Assembly: GCA_977030845.1 (NCBI GenBank)
Contig: OZ365110.1
Coordinates: forward strand, 18,972,001-19,036,000
DNA: 64,000 nt
Origin: Fimbriosthenelais zetlandica
Taxonomy: Eukaryota
Direction: 5' to 3'
This document shows positions 12,862-27,300 of this stretch, piece by piece. The translations under genes were made by a program, and so were the position numbers. Numbering within the stretch: position 1 is the first letter of the stretch; each line of letters begins with the position of its first letter. The notes under the pieces were generated by a model. It saw only the letters and a program-made list of their open reading frames with translations, did no database searches and was not told the DNA's origin.

Positions 12862-15800
12862 GTCATTTGTTCAATTTTCAATGGAGCTCTGGTGACAATC
12901 AAAAGCATTTCTATTCATTTCAGCTCGAGTCCTAATTGATGGCAGCTATTATCCTGCCTATTCATCAGGACAAATCATCTGACTGGGGAAGATGAAGTTC
13001 CTATCCGCAATTAACGTCGAGCAGTAAAAGAATGAGCCGAGAGCGGAACAAGAGAAGATAGACCTATTAGTAGCCGGGAGACTCGATTTTGAGGTGTGTA
13101 ACTCTAATGAAAAGTCATTTTTATGAAGCCTGACACACCGGGTGCCACCCACTCGGGTTTCCCTCGCATAAAACTCAGATTTAATGGGTCGATTGATGGC
13201 AGCATCTGAACCCAGGCAGAAAATTTACAAGCCAGATGAAAAGGGTTTAGAAATATGAAGAGGTAATCAAATGTAAATGATATCCTTTCAAGATGACAGT
13301 GCCCATTAGAAGATTGCATGAGGCATCCCTTTGTACGTAAGGATAACAAGTAAGAAAATATATGTAAAGTAACTGAGGAAATATATAACAGTGACGAGTA
13401 CAAGTATTTATTGTGGGAAATGGTTGATGTTTCTTTTCAACACATTTAAACATGTGGGACTATTACTCAAAAGCCAAGAACAATTTATAATACGGCACCT
13501 CATCAGTTGACCTGTTAACGTGAAGGGGCTGGGGGTAAGGAGGTACTCGCTATACTGGAGCATGCACCTGGCAAGATCCACTTGTAACCTTCTTTGATCT
13601 GGGACACTGATAGCAAGGATCAAAGACTGGAGGTAAGTCCATAGATCTTGACCTACCAGCAGAGGGGAATGGGTACAGCTCGTTCCCGGTACTTCATCAA
13701 GCCATCCAATATTTGATGCATTCCCACGTATATAAATGCTGATATGAATTACATTAGGGGAAGGGGTTCTGTAAAATATACGCATCCATATGGGTTCACA
13801 GATTCAGTCCTGTACAATGAAATACCCGGTACAGGACCCCCCCTGTAAATTTTACATGGAGATGGTCCTGTAATTTGACGTGAGTAGTTATAAATAAACC
13901 GCGCACAAGGGTGACAGATACAACTGGTTTCGATGTGTATCACTCCATCCAAATTTTAATTCAGGAACTGGATGGTGAAACTAATTTATCACTGAAAGAT
14001 CGAGCAGTAAAGAAATATTTTCTTTATGTAGGTCACACAAAACAGGAAACTGGGGGAGGCGTAAAACTAAATGCAAACTGAAAAAGAAAGGAACTGGTTT
14101 CCTTTTTAGAAAAAGCAAATTAACAAGGTTCCATGCAGTGTAGCCAGATGTATGGGAAGGGTGCTCAGGGTGTTATGTCTTTCTGGTTAACAGCATGTCA
14201 GATCTTTAAATATTATGTCTTCTTATAGGCTGCAGCAAGTTAGGCAGTTCTCGTTTGAGGCCCCAGGTGGTAGAGTTTTAACAGATGTATTTAATACCTT
14301 TATATGTTATCCTTTAGACATGATTACTTCATGTTATGTAGGTGAAGGTCTTGTACTTTACAGGATCAGTAGAAACCAGCAGATTCATAAATCTGAATAT
14401 TTTGTGTCTGAGGAAAGATCCAATATCATGTACCCAAAAATAAAGCAACCATTAATATCAGGAACAACCTAAAACTGAGTGATCGATTAAGAATAATTGA
14501 TTATTAAGTACATGTAATGTCATTAATTGTCCATTGTTCTCTTATCTTGTGTGTCAAGGGGATGTTTTTTCGGGCTCGTGTCCATTGTCTCCATCATGTC
14601 TTGCTGGAGACAATGGCTGCCATCTTCCTTATTGCCTTTCCTCAATTTGTGGCATGAGTGACATTCTCCTAATGCCTTCAGACAGGCGAGCCATCATGGC
14701 ATCACTATCACGTTCATACAAGACTCTGCTCCCTCGCTTTGCCCGCAGACACGGACTGAGCAGTTTTAATAGCATCTTTTTTCCTACACCTGCAAAAATC
14801 CTAGCTGCCATTTTGGCATCAAGAGATGAAAAAATTGGCCTGTACATGTAATCCATCTGAAACTTTTTGCCGGAATTTGTGTTCAGTCTTGGATGGAAAT
14901 AGTGTACTTTGGTGAATAGCATTAGACATTAGATTGTATACAGATATTATGTTCTTCTACTTGGAATACATGGCTATAAAAATTTATTAGTTTGAGCAGA
15001 ATATAATTAAAATAGGGCACCAGTAGAAGAATATATATGATGAGTGAAATAGCAGTTGACAGCAGACTATGTATTATGATCTGGCTTACAGGTCATTTTT
15101 AAACAGGGCTATTTATTATTCAGGAGTGTATTCAGCTGTCAGTATTCCCCATAACTAGTATCTGGGACACTGATGTTGACATGTGTTTGAAAATATGTGG
15201 CATACTCTGCTTCAAATAGTATCCTCTTCTTATAGAGAGAGGCCGATGGCAGTAAATGCAGAGCAACTATTCGTACCAGCAACGAGTCTCGTTGGTACCA
15301 GACACTTGGATAAAGTGGAAAGTCGGCCAAATAATGACCTGTTGCATATTTTTATGAAAGGCAGACCACCTTTTATGTCTTTCCACATGGCAGTATTGAG
15401 ATATCAAGACAGCTGAATCTGGCATGAAACCATCACCTAGGTGGCAATCTAAATTCTCCAGGTTGACCATATCTCATGGAGGCAGGCAATCTGGTGCAGA
15501 TCTGCCTCACAATCCTCGGATTTTGGGGAATTTGTACGAGTGTGGAGGAGCACTGACTGATCAGGCCAGCACAGACTGGGTGTGGGCTTAACATTTTTTC
15601 TTTCTTTTTCCTGGTGGAAAGTGTCTCACTATCCCATTTCATCCTGTCTGCCACAACACGTGAGCTAGGTAACTCATGATGGTGAAGGGATAAAAAAAAC
15701 AGATCCCTCCCCCAACCAGCCCAGAGCAACCTGTATCAGTGGCCAAGGGTTTTTTGTGGTATTAAGCCCAAGAGATCATGTTCACCCCAACTTCTCTATA

Positions 15801-18800
15801 CAGTTCTTCCCAAAGGGAAACTAACTCTAGAGTTCACAATATTTACAATATTTTGTCTGTTCTTTTTTTATACTGCACTTGACATTACCCCTCTGTTTAG
15901 GCATATTTGAATTTTCTGCATTGTATGCACTACGTATAGAAAGGGTTTTTTGTATGCACTACGTATACAATGGGTTAAACACTTTGATCTTTAAATACAT
16001 TATAATTATTCACTTGCGTTAGGAACTGCATTAAAACATAAGGTTTAACAAAAATTATGGAAAAAATTTTCAACACTGTGAACAAGTGACATTCACATCG
16101 CATTTAAAAGTAAATACATTATTTGCAATGTCAGATTTTTTCTATTTCCTTCAAATGTCAGATACATAGAGTATGAGTCTGCGACCTTGTTCTAACATTT
16201 AAGCCGAAAGCTACATCTTCTTTTTTTTCTGAATAAATTTAAAGAAACTGTATGGGAGGAAAACACATCCATCCATCAAGTAGAAGGCCATAAGGTTGAA
16301 CTGGTAAGGTCAAGTGTGGCACTGTTTTAAATAAGATACGAACATCAGACTCAAAATTTCCCTAAGGAGAAACATACATGTATGTATTGAAAAACGGCAT
16401 AGTCTGGACCGTATAGTGACAAATTTTCAAAATCATTTTAATCGACTGGACATGGAGCTCTAGTCCAATTACCGGCTGTAAATCTAAAATGCTAACTATA
16501 AAATATCTGATGGGAATTTAAATCAATCCAACGGGACGGTTTGAAATTGAAAGGATCAAAAGGCAGTAAACGGTAACGAGTGGCATATGGGGGAGCAAGC
16601 CGGCTGGGGGATGGGGTGTATTCTGGTTAGTGGACCTTGTAACCTCGGGGGGAAGCAACATGTCTACCGGTAAACTGACCGTGTCTGCCGAGGGTCAGGG
16701 GATTTACAGCCAGGTAATGAGGACGTCAAAGGCCATACTGCAGGACTGAACATCTGGCTCATTCTATCTGAACAGGGACAGAACATAAGCCCGAGAAAAT
16801 CCTACTCTCTACAGTCCTGAATGGGATGGTCCTTCCTTAGAGTAAAAGGAAAGGCCAAGAGTCAGCAAGAGTCTCTGGGGCTAAACCTGCATGGAATCTA
16901 TACTATAGACTTTTAGAAATGGAGGCACACGTGTATGAAATAACAGGACAAAAGTTCCCATGGATGGACTAATAATGAAAATGCGTTAGATTATCCTCAT
17001 CACTGAATCATGATGCACTCTCAGCTCTTTGGCAAGTAAATCGAGCCAAACCCCGAGAGAAGCGGTTAGAAATAGCGAGTGATTTAATCTGGGGAATAGA
17101 GGATAATTCATAGTGGTGGAATAAAGTGGATCCACCACTTAATAACCAGACATGGACGGCTCCCATGGACAACAGTGGTAAAACATGGTCAGAGCTGCCA
17201 TTAAGACTAATCAAGGCTTCTCCAGTTAGTGCCACATGGCTCATTTCCATAATTACCCTCTTTTCCACTCTACCACAGCCTTCCTTCCATCCTAGCCTAA
17301 CTAGAGACAATCCTGTATTTTATGTTTAGTTTTTTTACCCTTGATTCACGCTGATTGCCCTACTATAAGGGGGCATCCAATGAGTGGCATAGGAGTGATA
17401 AGGATATAGAGCTCTATTCCTGCATAATTATATATATTCTTTATATTTAGGGTCAGAAGAGAGCACTGCATGGGGATGGTACATTCAATGGTACAGCTTT
17501 ATTAATACATATCTTTAAGGCATCCACCTGAACCTCACTGTAATTGCAATTTGGATCCCTTCGTATTTATAGATTTATATCAATAAGTTTTCACTGAAAA
17601 CATTATCGCGGGGGCGGTGGTGGTGTTTTTATGGCCAGGTTATAAGTACTAAATGAAGGCAAGTCTAGCTATTTTTGAAAAGCAGGACACGCGAACTTGC
17701 TTAAAATAAATAAATAGAATTCCTAGAGCATAACAAACCGAGCATACGGCACATCGATGTAGAGTAAACCTAATGAATAAAGGGCATGAGAACAATGAGC
17801 ACTTTATGTGTATAAGAATACTACAGGGGCCCGTCCTGCCTCCCATTCATGTTCCCACTCCGCCTGTATAAACATCAGGAGGCACAATATTTCCTCCTTG
17901 GCCACCAGAGGCGGATGTGTGCAAGGCACCATGTGGACTGAGAGAAATGCTGAGGGGGGCAAAAGGCGGACCGAGCCACTCAGGTTATTCTGAACTGGGG
18001 GCAGGCTGAACAATAGCAAATTAGTGAACAAAATCCTCCACCAACTTTTCAGACTGAGCAGCACTACATTCATTGAATATATTTTATGTTCAAGGTCCCA
18101 ATCCCATAGACCAATAACATTTGACGTATAACACAGATTGTGAGTTGGTTCAGAGTAAAAGTACTATACATGAGGAACTCGTGCCAGGAATATAGAGAAG
18201 TCATCCAAGACCCATGCAGCGGTTCTTGTTAATTTTTTATTTTACTAGTCCAAGCCACTTGTGATTGTACATAGAGAGCCTTTCATCTGGCGGGGGCGAG
18301 GACAGATGGGGACAAATGTCAGATGCCCGAGGGCACACTAGTAATGATTTTGCATTAACGAAGTGTGAGTGTACCAGGGTGTGACACCTTCGGTGCCTAC
18401 AGTTGTTTGACCTCTGCCCTCACAGCACTTGCAAAAGTTATGGCTGAATGTAGCAAACACCGTGAAAGCCAAGAGGTTATTTTCCAGTCTGTTTTGTGTG
18501 GCAGAGGCCACGCAGTGTCCATTTCAAAGCTATCCCAATAGATTATTCTATTAATCTTTCAAGCAGATCCTTTCACCAAACTGTTCCTACCTTAAATGAA
18601 TAGAATTTCTCTCCATCCAAAACTTGATCCGATTCAATTCCTGATCTGAATGGATCTATGCTCATATCAGTTGAAGCAGACAGCAACTTCAGCCGAAGTT
18701 GAGAGAGAAAATTCACAAGCAGTCCCTCACAATGTAGACAAAATGACAGCCATGGCGGCCATAATCATACCATACAGACATCCATAGACTAGCGCCAGTC

Positions 18801-21129
18801 CCCATATTATATCCCCAGGGACACCCATACTTGGTGCCACAATTTGGCACGTCAAAGTATCAGGGGGTTTATGGAATATTACATAAGGTTGCACAGAATA
18901 TAGCCAACTCTAATCAGATACCACAGAGGGCATCAGGAACAATCCATTAAATAAATAGTTTTATGATCCACCACCGGGACCTGCCAGCAAACCGTTGGGA
19001 ACAGAAACCCGAATGTTCAATTTGAGTTAATAAAATTATGTCACTTCTTAAAATATTTAAATTTCAAAAGCAGGGGTGGGGGCAAGACTATGTTCCCCCT
19101 TGCCAGCCAAAATTGACCACTCACGGGAGGGGAGTATACATACGGCTATGCCTCTGTGCCTCCAGCACCCAAGGGCCACAAACCTGTGATCCATAGCGAA
19201 CCTTGGAGGGGGGAGACAGCTTTTTCCGATTGGCTAAATAATAACGGCAATACGCGCATGACCTTCTGCCTGCATCTGGCCCTTACTTCTGTCTGGCTCG
19301 GGACAGTGTCCCATGAAAAAGAAACACAGATTGACCAGACGTCCACAGGAGATCAATAAATAGCAGTGGAGAAGTCTGTCTCACATTTTCTGACCTAAAC
19401 TTTTTAGTCGGGCTGAGCATGCCATCGAGAGCCAAGATTTTGTTCAATTCTATTGGGTGGTATAAATGCCTCCCCTGACTATTATAGACGTAGCAGGAAG
19501 AGGAGCAGGAAGCAGGGTGGGCGGGACTGACCGGAGGTAGTGGTGGCAGATGGCTGATAAGGAAAGATTAACGGTCCTAATTAAGGACAACAAACCCCAC
19601 TCTGAAACGACCCCTGGCGACCTATGGTAGCATGGCATGTGGCTGAGGCGTGCCCCATAATATTCATGTCAGAGGGCTTGGGTTGTAGAGAGTGAGGACG
19701 TGGGTTGGGAGGAATAGCCAATGGGGTGTACAGCTGTAAGGGTATAGGGTACGTACTTTCAAAGGGAACTTTATGCGGTCCATTGGCTAAATAGCCTTGG
19801 TATATTTTTGGGGATTTTTGGAATTTGTGGAATTCTGAGACTTCTGAATTTGGGTCGATTTATCGGTTCAAACTGAATTAATCTTATTTTTAAATTGATA
19901 ACCATCGATAAATTTCCCTTTATAAGCACAAATTCCGAAAATGCTTCTCCTAAATCAAGATCACAAAGAACTACAAAGGTAAATTGAAAAGTAATTATCT
20001 AAAGAAACTGCTTGAGGAGCTGGAGCAGAGCAACAGCAGCAGCCCCAAACATGAAATATTATCCCTCCTTAGCGTATTTCCTTACCCCAAAGAAATCTTT
20101 CTTTATAATCAGGTTTCTTTATACCCCACCTCACGCTTAATGGCATATTTGCATGTCTCAAACAAATATAGTATTTGCCACGGCATTTGGGTAAACGGCA
20201 GACTACAAAACCAGAAGACACGAAACCTTTAAGGAGTTCTTGAGGATATGTTTTCCACAGTAATCGCGTGCATTATTTCTTATACTACTTTTTCCTATAC
20301 AGCAGAAAGGAAGCTATTTTGTACATGTCATTTAGGGAAACATGATCCTGAAGCTAGGAACACGATCTTTTGTATTTTTTTGCCATGCCTCTTGCATGTC
20401 TGGATTATGAATGGTCACACAATTTGCTGATGACTTTTCTGAGGGTCTGATTCAGTGATAACTGCTGGTCACTATCTAATCCACCTCCGCTTTCTCATAC
20501 GCAATCCAGCAGGTTTTTTTTGCAGTGCTCCGTGAAACAAGTATAGGAAAAGCTCTGATTACCAATTACCGGCTGACTGAGAGGTGATAGTTCAGTTCTA
20601 CCTGATTCCAGCGATCCTCATTAAAACCAGACTGTCATGCCATACTCCTGAGACATTTTAGGTCTCTCAGGGAATTTTCTAAATTGGCCAACTACATCAA
20701 GGGTAACCATGATATTACCAATAATAAATGTTCTGGTTTACCCTAAAAAATTGGATTTTTAGTAGAAGTCGTCTATATGCACGTGAGAGAGCTCTTTGGT
20801 TAAATGAGAGGGGATCTGGTGCCATCCATATCTGGTGTTATATAGTGGCCCCAATTACCTCCAGGCCTTAACAGACTGTCATGTACTACTGCTCATGACT
20901 AGATAACATGACAGAAAGCTTCACCGTGCTTCCATTGCAAAGACACTCCTACAGGCTATAGGATTTAGTGGGGACACTCCATAGAGGGGGTGGGGTGTAT
21001 ATGGGACTATCGATATAATTCACAGGATATGAGGCTATAGCAATGATTCTGGTACTTGTATACAGTTCAGAGAGGTATATATATAAGTTAGAGAGTATGT
21101 AGATCACTCTGAGATTATAACATTAATAT

Positions 21130-21294
21130 CAGGTCCGGATTCAGACCGATGCCACCGTTGGCATTGCTTCGGTCACACTCATCAAACATTGATAGGAATT
21201 GATAAAAAAAAACTTAATTATTACATGAATATATGTATGTAATGGCTTGTAACTGCAAGGCATCAGTCACATTGGGTGTCTGGATCCGGGCCTG
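21130..21294. mobile_element. Small hAT-like MITE (165 bp)
   Basis: Inverted ends TCAGGTCCGGATTCAGAC (21129-21146) and GTCTGGATCCGGGCCTGA (21278-21295) match 16/18. With CAGG...CCTG termini the 8 bp flanks are ATTAATAT and AATAATAT (7/8), consistent with a hAT-type TSD. Confidence 0.6.
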
Positions 21295-24200
21295 AATAAT
21301 ATTATTAATTCACATATACATGTAATCTTATCATGTTGCTCACTGTGTAACTCTACGTCAAATTTAAATTGAATGTTGGAGTCAACTGCCCATTTATCGG
21401 ATACAAGAGCTTAAAACATTTAACGGTAATCTTCAGATTAGGATGTTAAATTATTGCATCAAGAGGCCATCTTAACCAGGACAGGCGGGATTATTCTTTC
21501 CCATTTCTAACAAAAGAAACCCAACATTTTGTCATTCAAACACTGAACTGGATGGAAATCAATCTGTTCCAGTGGAAAATGTTTTTTCCTCAGTTGGCTG
21601 GGAGGGGGAGGAGGAAGGGAGGGAGGGAGGTGTTTGGGGGAGGTGGAGGAAGAGGAGGGGGAGGCGGGGGAAGGGGAGGGCCCCAGGCTAGGCAGGTAAA
21701 TGTGTAATGAAGCCGACAGACTAGCTGCTGTCGACTGGCAGTCGCCAACACAGGCCAGGTGTTGGAGTGGAAAACAGCAACACAATGATAACCCACGGCA
21801 AACCAGCACACACTGACACACACGGGGAACATGATGTGCTCCAATCCCCTCCTCCAGCATCATATTTTCATTTTTAGATATAACATACAATTTATAATAT
21901 GAATATAAATTTCGAGATGATAAATCCAAATAAATGGAGATAAATAACCAACTTAAATCTCATAATTACTATTTCTATCCAATTTACCTACAATTTATTT
22001 ATGAACCACATCCAAAAATAAAAATAATGCCATGATTTTTTTCCGTCTAGACACTCCTCTGTATCACCTCAGCCGGATCAAGTCTAGGGATCTATTTTCG
22101 TTCTATTATCGCACATTGTATCATCCCATTCAATCAAAGGAGTACTTTCACATGCCCTGAGGCACGACAATTATTATTCCATGAATATTTTCCTGTGTGG
22201 CTTCCTAAACAACCTGGTCGTTTCCGAAACCTGTCTAGGTCCATATTCTATTTGCATCAACAGAGAAAATTTTTCTGTGGAGCAGCAAGAGCAGCTTTTT
22301 CGAGCTCAGTGTCATTTTTATGGTTTCCTGGAAAACTGAAAAACTCTATGATTCAATAAGGTTCAATCATAAAATGTCAGCTTTGACATTTGAAATATTC
22401 GCAATGTTAAAAAAATATTGAGCATATCCTGAAAGGCCTCAGGGCTCCATTAACTAAATAATAGTGGTTCACATGAATGAAAAATGATTCATGTGATATA
22501 ATTTAAACATTTAATAAGTTTGGAAAAGAATACTACCTTTGTCAAGGTTGTGCAATGTCCAGAACACAGAAAAACTGAGAAAATCATTTTCCATTGGGAA
22601 TCATGCCTATTCTTTGTTCTCCTTGCTCTACCTTTGATTTGTAGAACTCACCGACGAATACCCGCCTATAACCTTTTAGCTCCTTTGACCAGCTTTTTTC
22701 TGCCTGTACAATAGATCATGGTATAGTAGGCCCCAGTCCGCTATGATCGCCTTGAATAATGAGTGCCCGTGATCTATGTGAAAAGGATCCCCTCTGCTCA
22801 TTTCCGAAGGGAATCTTAGACGCCTTACTAATTCCCAAGAAAGATCCCTCTCTTTCCTCGTGGATATTGAAGGGCAGTGGGATCAGAGGCCATGTATAGT
22901 ATCAAGTATATATACCCCATCATCTCATCCCTTTCTCCTTGATAGTTCCTTTCAAGGTATTTTGCAGAAAAAGCAGTGAATCAATGGGAACAAGACTGAG
23001 GATGCAATATTACTTACACAGTACTCTATAAAATACCCCTATTCAAACTAGATTTAATGAGGCCTATAATATACCATTCTACTTGATATATATATATATA
23101 AAAAAACTTAAACACTGTGTACAGTTATAAATCCTAGTTTGGCAATCCTAGTTTGGCACCGTTTTTTGCATTGGTACAATATCGTCATAGGAACTAGCGT
23201 ACCCCCGTTTTGGCGCCACCTTCTTTTGGTGAACCATTCAATCACATTTTCATCTGCAGAATTTGAAAATACCTTACTCTAGCTGCAAACAGACCTCATA
23301 TGGACGGTAAACCCTAGCATCTCTGATATCTCCCTCACTTCTCTTGGCCACAGACACCAAGGTCAAAGGTGCCCATCTCTCCAGGCCATACGATACTACA
23401 TTCCACGTTTGGAGGATAGTGACATGGGGTGGGAGAGCAGCGAGGGGAGATGAGGAGGAGGGGGTGTGTTGGAGGCAGGCTAGGCTTGATCAAGCGTCTA
23501 TTTTGACAGGTTACAAGGGGTGGTCTCCGAGTCTGGAATAATACTGTAACGGGTCAAAGAGCTGCTGTCCCCATCAGCAAGGAAGATGTGACAGATCTGG
23601 CTTCATGACACCAAGGTTCAAGTAACTTACTATGAAGAAGCACGTCAGCAATTCGATGGTTATGGATTGGTGGAAAATCACCAAGATGATTCCCATAAAT
23701 TAAACTCCTATTTTCAGGTTTTCATGTAATATTAAGTTAATTCTTACAGAATATTTAGACCAAAAATATTTTCGAATAGCGAAAATAGGTAAATGTTTGA
23801 TATGTCGAAGCTGTATTTTAATTAATCTAGGATCAGACACAGGATATAGCGTTAGATTACATTGTATTTAATACATGTATAAGCACCGGGAAAGGATATA
23901 ATCCAATCACAAAGAGAGTATACTGTACGCTTACTATAATAAAAAGCCTGGCAGGGATGTGCGGCAGTATAGCTACTGCTAAACATGTCGTTTTACAAAT
24001 CACCACTAGCACTGGTCTGCTAGTGCTTTCACCGTGATATATTGAAGCTTGGATGTGACCACCGAGCGCAAAGTAAACCTTGTAACTTTCTTGTTGTGAA
24101 CACATACATTTAGCACAGCAAGGCCCCCAGTATGAACAAGCTATAAGGAGCCGCACCCATTTAACTCTCAACATCTCTGAGAAGGTGGGAGACACGGGAA

Positions 24201-24388
24201 GGTACATTAAACATAGAGGAATGTCATCACCTCTTGCAACCCCTGGTTAGACTGGGGAAAGGAGTTATACCTTGCACACTTGCAACTCATCAATATAGTC
24301 AATAGGGTCGGACTAAAAATCCAAAGTAGGACCGAATGTATATGATGGTAGATGGAGGATAAGAAGAGGACGAAAATGCTAAAAGTAC

Positions 24389-27300
24389 CTGAGGTTTAAG
24401 TGTTGTCGATCGTCGGTGTCGAATACCATTAACGTAAATTCTCGGCCAAACGATCTCGTGGTAAGAGAAATCATCCTTCACACTCTGTAAATGTAATGCA
24501 TCCTCAGCAACTGGAGAAAAAAAGGAACAGGTGGGTTAGAAATATTTAGACAGCTCATAAACTTGAGACACAGCCAGAGAGAACTGAGAGAGAGCCATAG
24601 AGAAAGAGAGAGAAAATTGAGAGCTTAAAACAGTAAAATATTCTTTGAAATTCTCAGCCAACAAAAAAGAATCTCTTCTTTAGTGTCGGTTCCATCGATC
24701 AACGATCAATCTCACTTAAAACCCAAAGGCTCTAAGCAGGCCCTTCTCGTGTTAAAAATAACTATTATCAACTGAGTTATCCTAAACACTTATTAGCCAA
24801 TTCACAACCTTAAAACAGCCAGGCGAAGCTACAGGAGAGCGAATGAGATAAAACTCCAGTAACCAATGCTTCATCACTGTAATCTAATTTCCCATCTGAA
24901 GACAGTGTCTTAGAACGCCTGGGACGTCTGCCAGCTTCTAATTTCATTTGTTTTATAATCATTATCCACCTCCAGTTTCTAGGATCAGTTAGCTAGTCTG
25001 GAAAGGGAGGGATCAAGTTTTTCTCCTGCAGAGGAATAACAACTCTAAAGATGCCACTATCTATGGACCGTAGGAATGATATAGAAGCATCGGAGTAACT
25101 CAGGCAGAGAGCATCGGAGTAACTCACAAAGGCAGAGACAGCACTAAAATATAGACCAGTCAATAAATCCATTTATCATATAAAGTTGTCTTGTCGATGA
25201 CGTTGGCTACAATTTCGAAAAGATAAATGAGAATACATTTCTTTAAATGGGTTAAAGAAACTTATGAATTGGCATTTCAGTCCAGACCACGAAGTTATAT
25301 CAGACTGGTAATATCAAGAGAACTTCTCCAATATTCAGATAAGCATCCACTTAAATTGCTCTGAATTATCACTGAGGTAGATCAATACCAGAGCTGACTT
25401 CTGATCATCGCCAAGATGGAGTCTTCAGACATGATCAGACTGAGCTCTTCATGCCAGCAGCAGAAAACGAAACCCAATAATACCTCTGTCCCCTTCCAAG
25501 AAAGCTGCCAGGCTGTAAAGCATCCGCAAATCCCAGCAGACGTCCCTGTGTCTATATAACCGGACTCATTCCAATGAAGGGATCGGAGGTCTGTGGTCTT
25601 CTGACCCTGGTGTCAATCTGTCAACCTGTTTGCTGGGGCAGAGGCAATATGATGAGAAAACCGAAGCAATTTTCTCACTTTCATTTTAGGCAGGGCTTTA
25701 AAGAATGGAAACTAGGGCCTATTATACGAGAAAGGGCAGATGCAAAAAGATCAGAAGTCAATGGACATATCCAGAAGTTTCAGTCCAGGTCAGTATCCTG
25801 AATATTATTCGAATATAGATAATATAGACATGCAAATATATTCTGTTTCAAATTGGTTGGCCCTAATATAATTGATCTCATTGGTACTATACAACCAAGA
25901 AGTGAATTAATGCATCAAAAAACTCGAATAAGACTTTACTCAAGGAGGATTCAAGGAGGCGTCTTAATAGTGGAACCAATTTTCCAGCAGAATATAACGG
26001 GTGAAGACCCAATTTGGCATGCGCTGAGGGATGGTAGACATTTATCTCCCTCGTTACCCCCCGTTGGGCTTTTAATCCCAGTAAACGATCAGCTCAGGTT
26101 GATATCGGCCAACTAATCAATGAGGATAGCAGGAGCTGTCTGAGGCATGGAGAGAGAAACAAAACAGAGGCTAACAAATAACACAGACAGACACAAAACA
26201 AGTTCTCACAGGGGGGCAAGAGCTTCAATTCTTTGATCAGTTTCTTTTATCTATCCATTTCGATCTTCTATCCATTTGGAAGACTGGATTCATTTCAAAT
26301 TGCCTGCAAAAGGTAACATTCGGTCCTGGCGATCACAAAAAAGGCTGAATGCAACTAAATATATGCACGTAAACAAAGCAGAAAAGAACATACTGATACA
26401 ATGGTGAAGGATAAACATGGAAGTCCCAGGGTTTATAATCTACTCGTTCATGCCATATTTAAGCTAGGCCATGTCTATAAAGGAAAATACACGATGACTT
26501 TCCACCCTTTTTTGGTACAACGTCTAAAACCTCTGTATTAAGACTGCTCTGAAATCAATAGGGCAGTGGAATGTAAGGGCAGCAAAAAGAGCATTAAGTA
26601 CTCCTATCAAAAGATATTTACATGAAATAAGAGAACTTAAGCGGTATCAAAAATCGATCTTGCCTGCCTTCATTTTTAATACATTTTTTAAACCCATGGG
26701 CAAGCAGTAAGGAAAGCACTCTTCGGACACCCCTGTTTCAATCAAGTCCCGACAGTAGGCTTAAACTTACATTGATCAGTTCCACAGATCTAAGGCAATC
26801 TAATCTATTTCAAAGAGAAGTCCCAAATGCCTTAGGCAAAAATGGTCTACTTAAAGCAAGTATCGATCTCTGTATCGATCTTCATCTAGATACCTATAGC
26901 CACATACCTAGTGCACCTGAAACTAACATAGTTCGACTGTGACCTGAGATTTCATTTTTTCCCAATAATGTTTACTTTAGTAGAGGACTTGGTATTTGGT
27001 TTAATTGGAAGTTAATTGCAACCAGGTCCAGCTACTTGACTCCCAGAGTAATCAACTATGTAACCCTGTATATTTAGTCGATCATGACTAAAGTCAATCT
27101 AATGCATGGGGAGAATTACATGTACCAGTATCAGATAGGAGAATAAACGTTTCAAGATCAAGTGGGACTGTGCGTTCATTTCTTTTGTTCCTATCAGTAT
27201 CTGGGCCATCATGATAACCAAATTTATGATTGCACAGTATAGAAGAAAACGTCGTATAGGCTGACAATATCTGAAATGTTGGCACACGTGTAGGTTTTTC

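Noticed and set aside
16660-16713. Possible plus-strand first exon MSTGKLTVSAEGQGIYSQ/GTAATG
   Set aside because: No downstream plus-strand exons or family similarity found; such short matches arise by chance.
21507-21929. Proline-rich minus-strand ORFs
   Set aside because: Derived from a GGA/GGG low-complexity tract; no convincing splice context or homology.
43-24388. Search for ADAM exon 3 (H...AFG..F.L.L.LN-type) on the minus strand
   Set aside because: Candidates at about 6107-6152, 7543-7618 and 8356-8385 had stops or no ADAM similarity; the exon probably lies left of the window, though I may have missed it.
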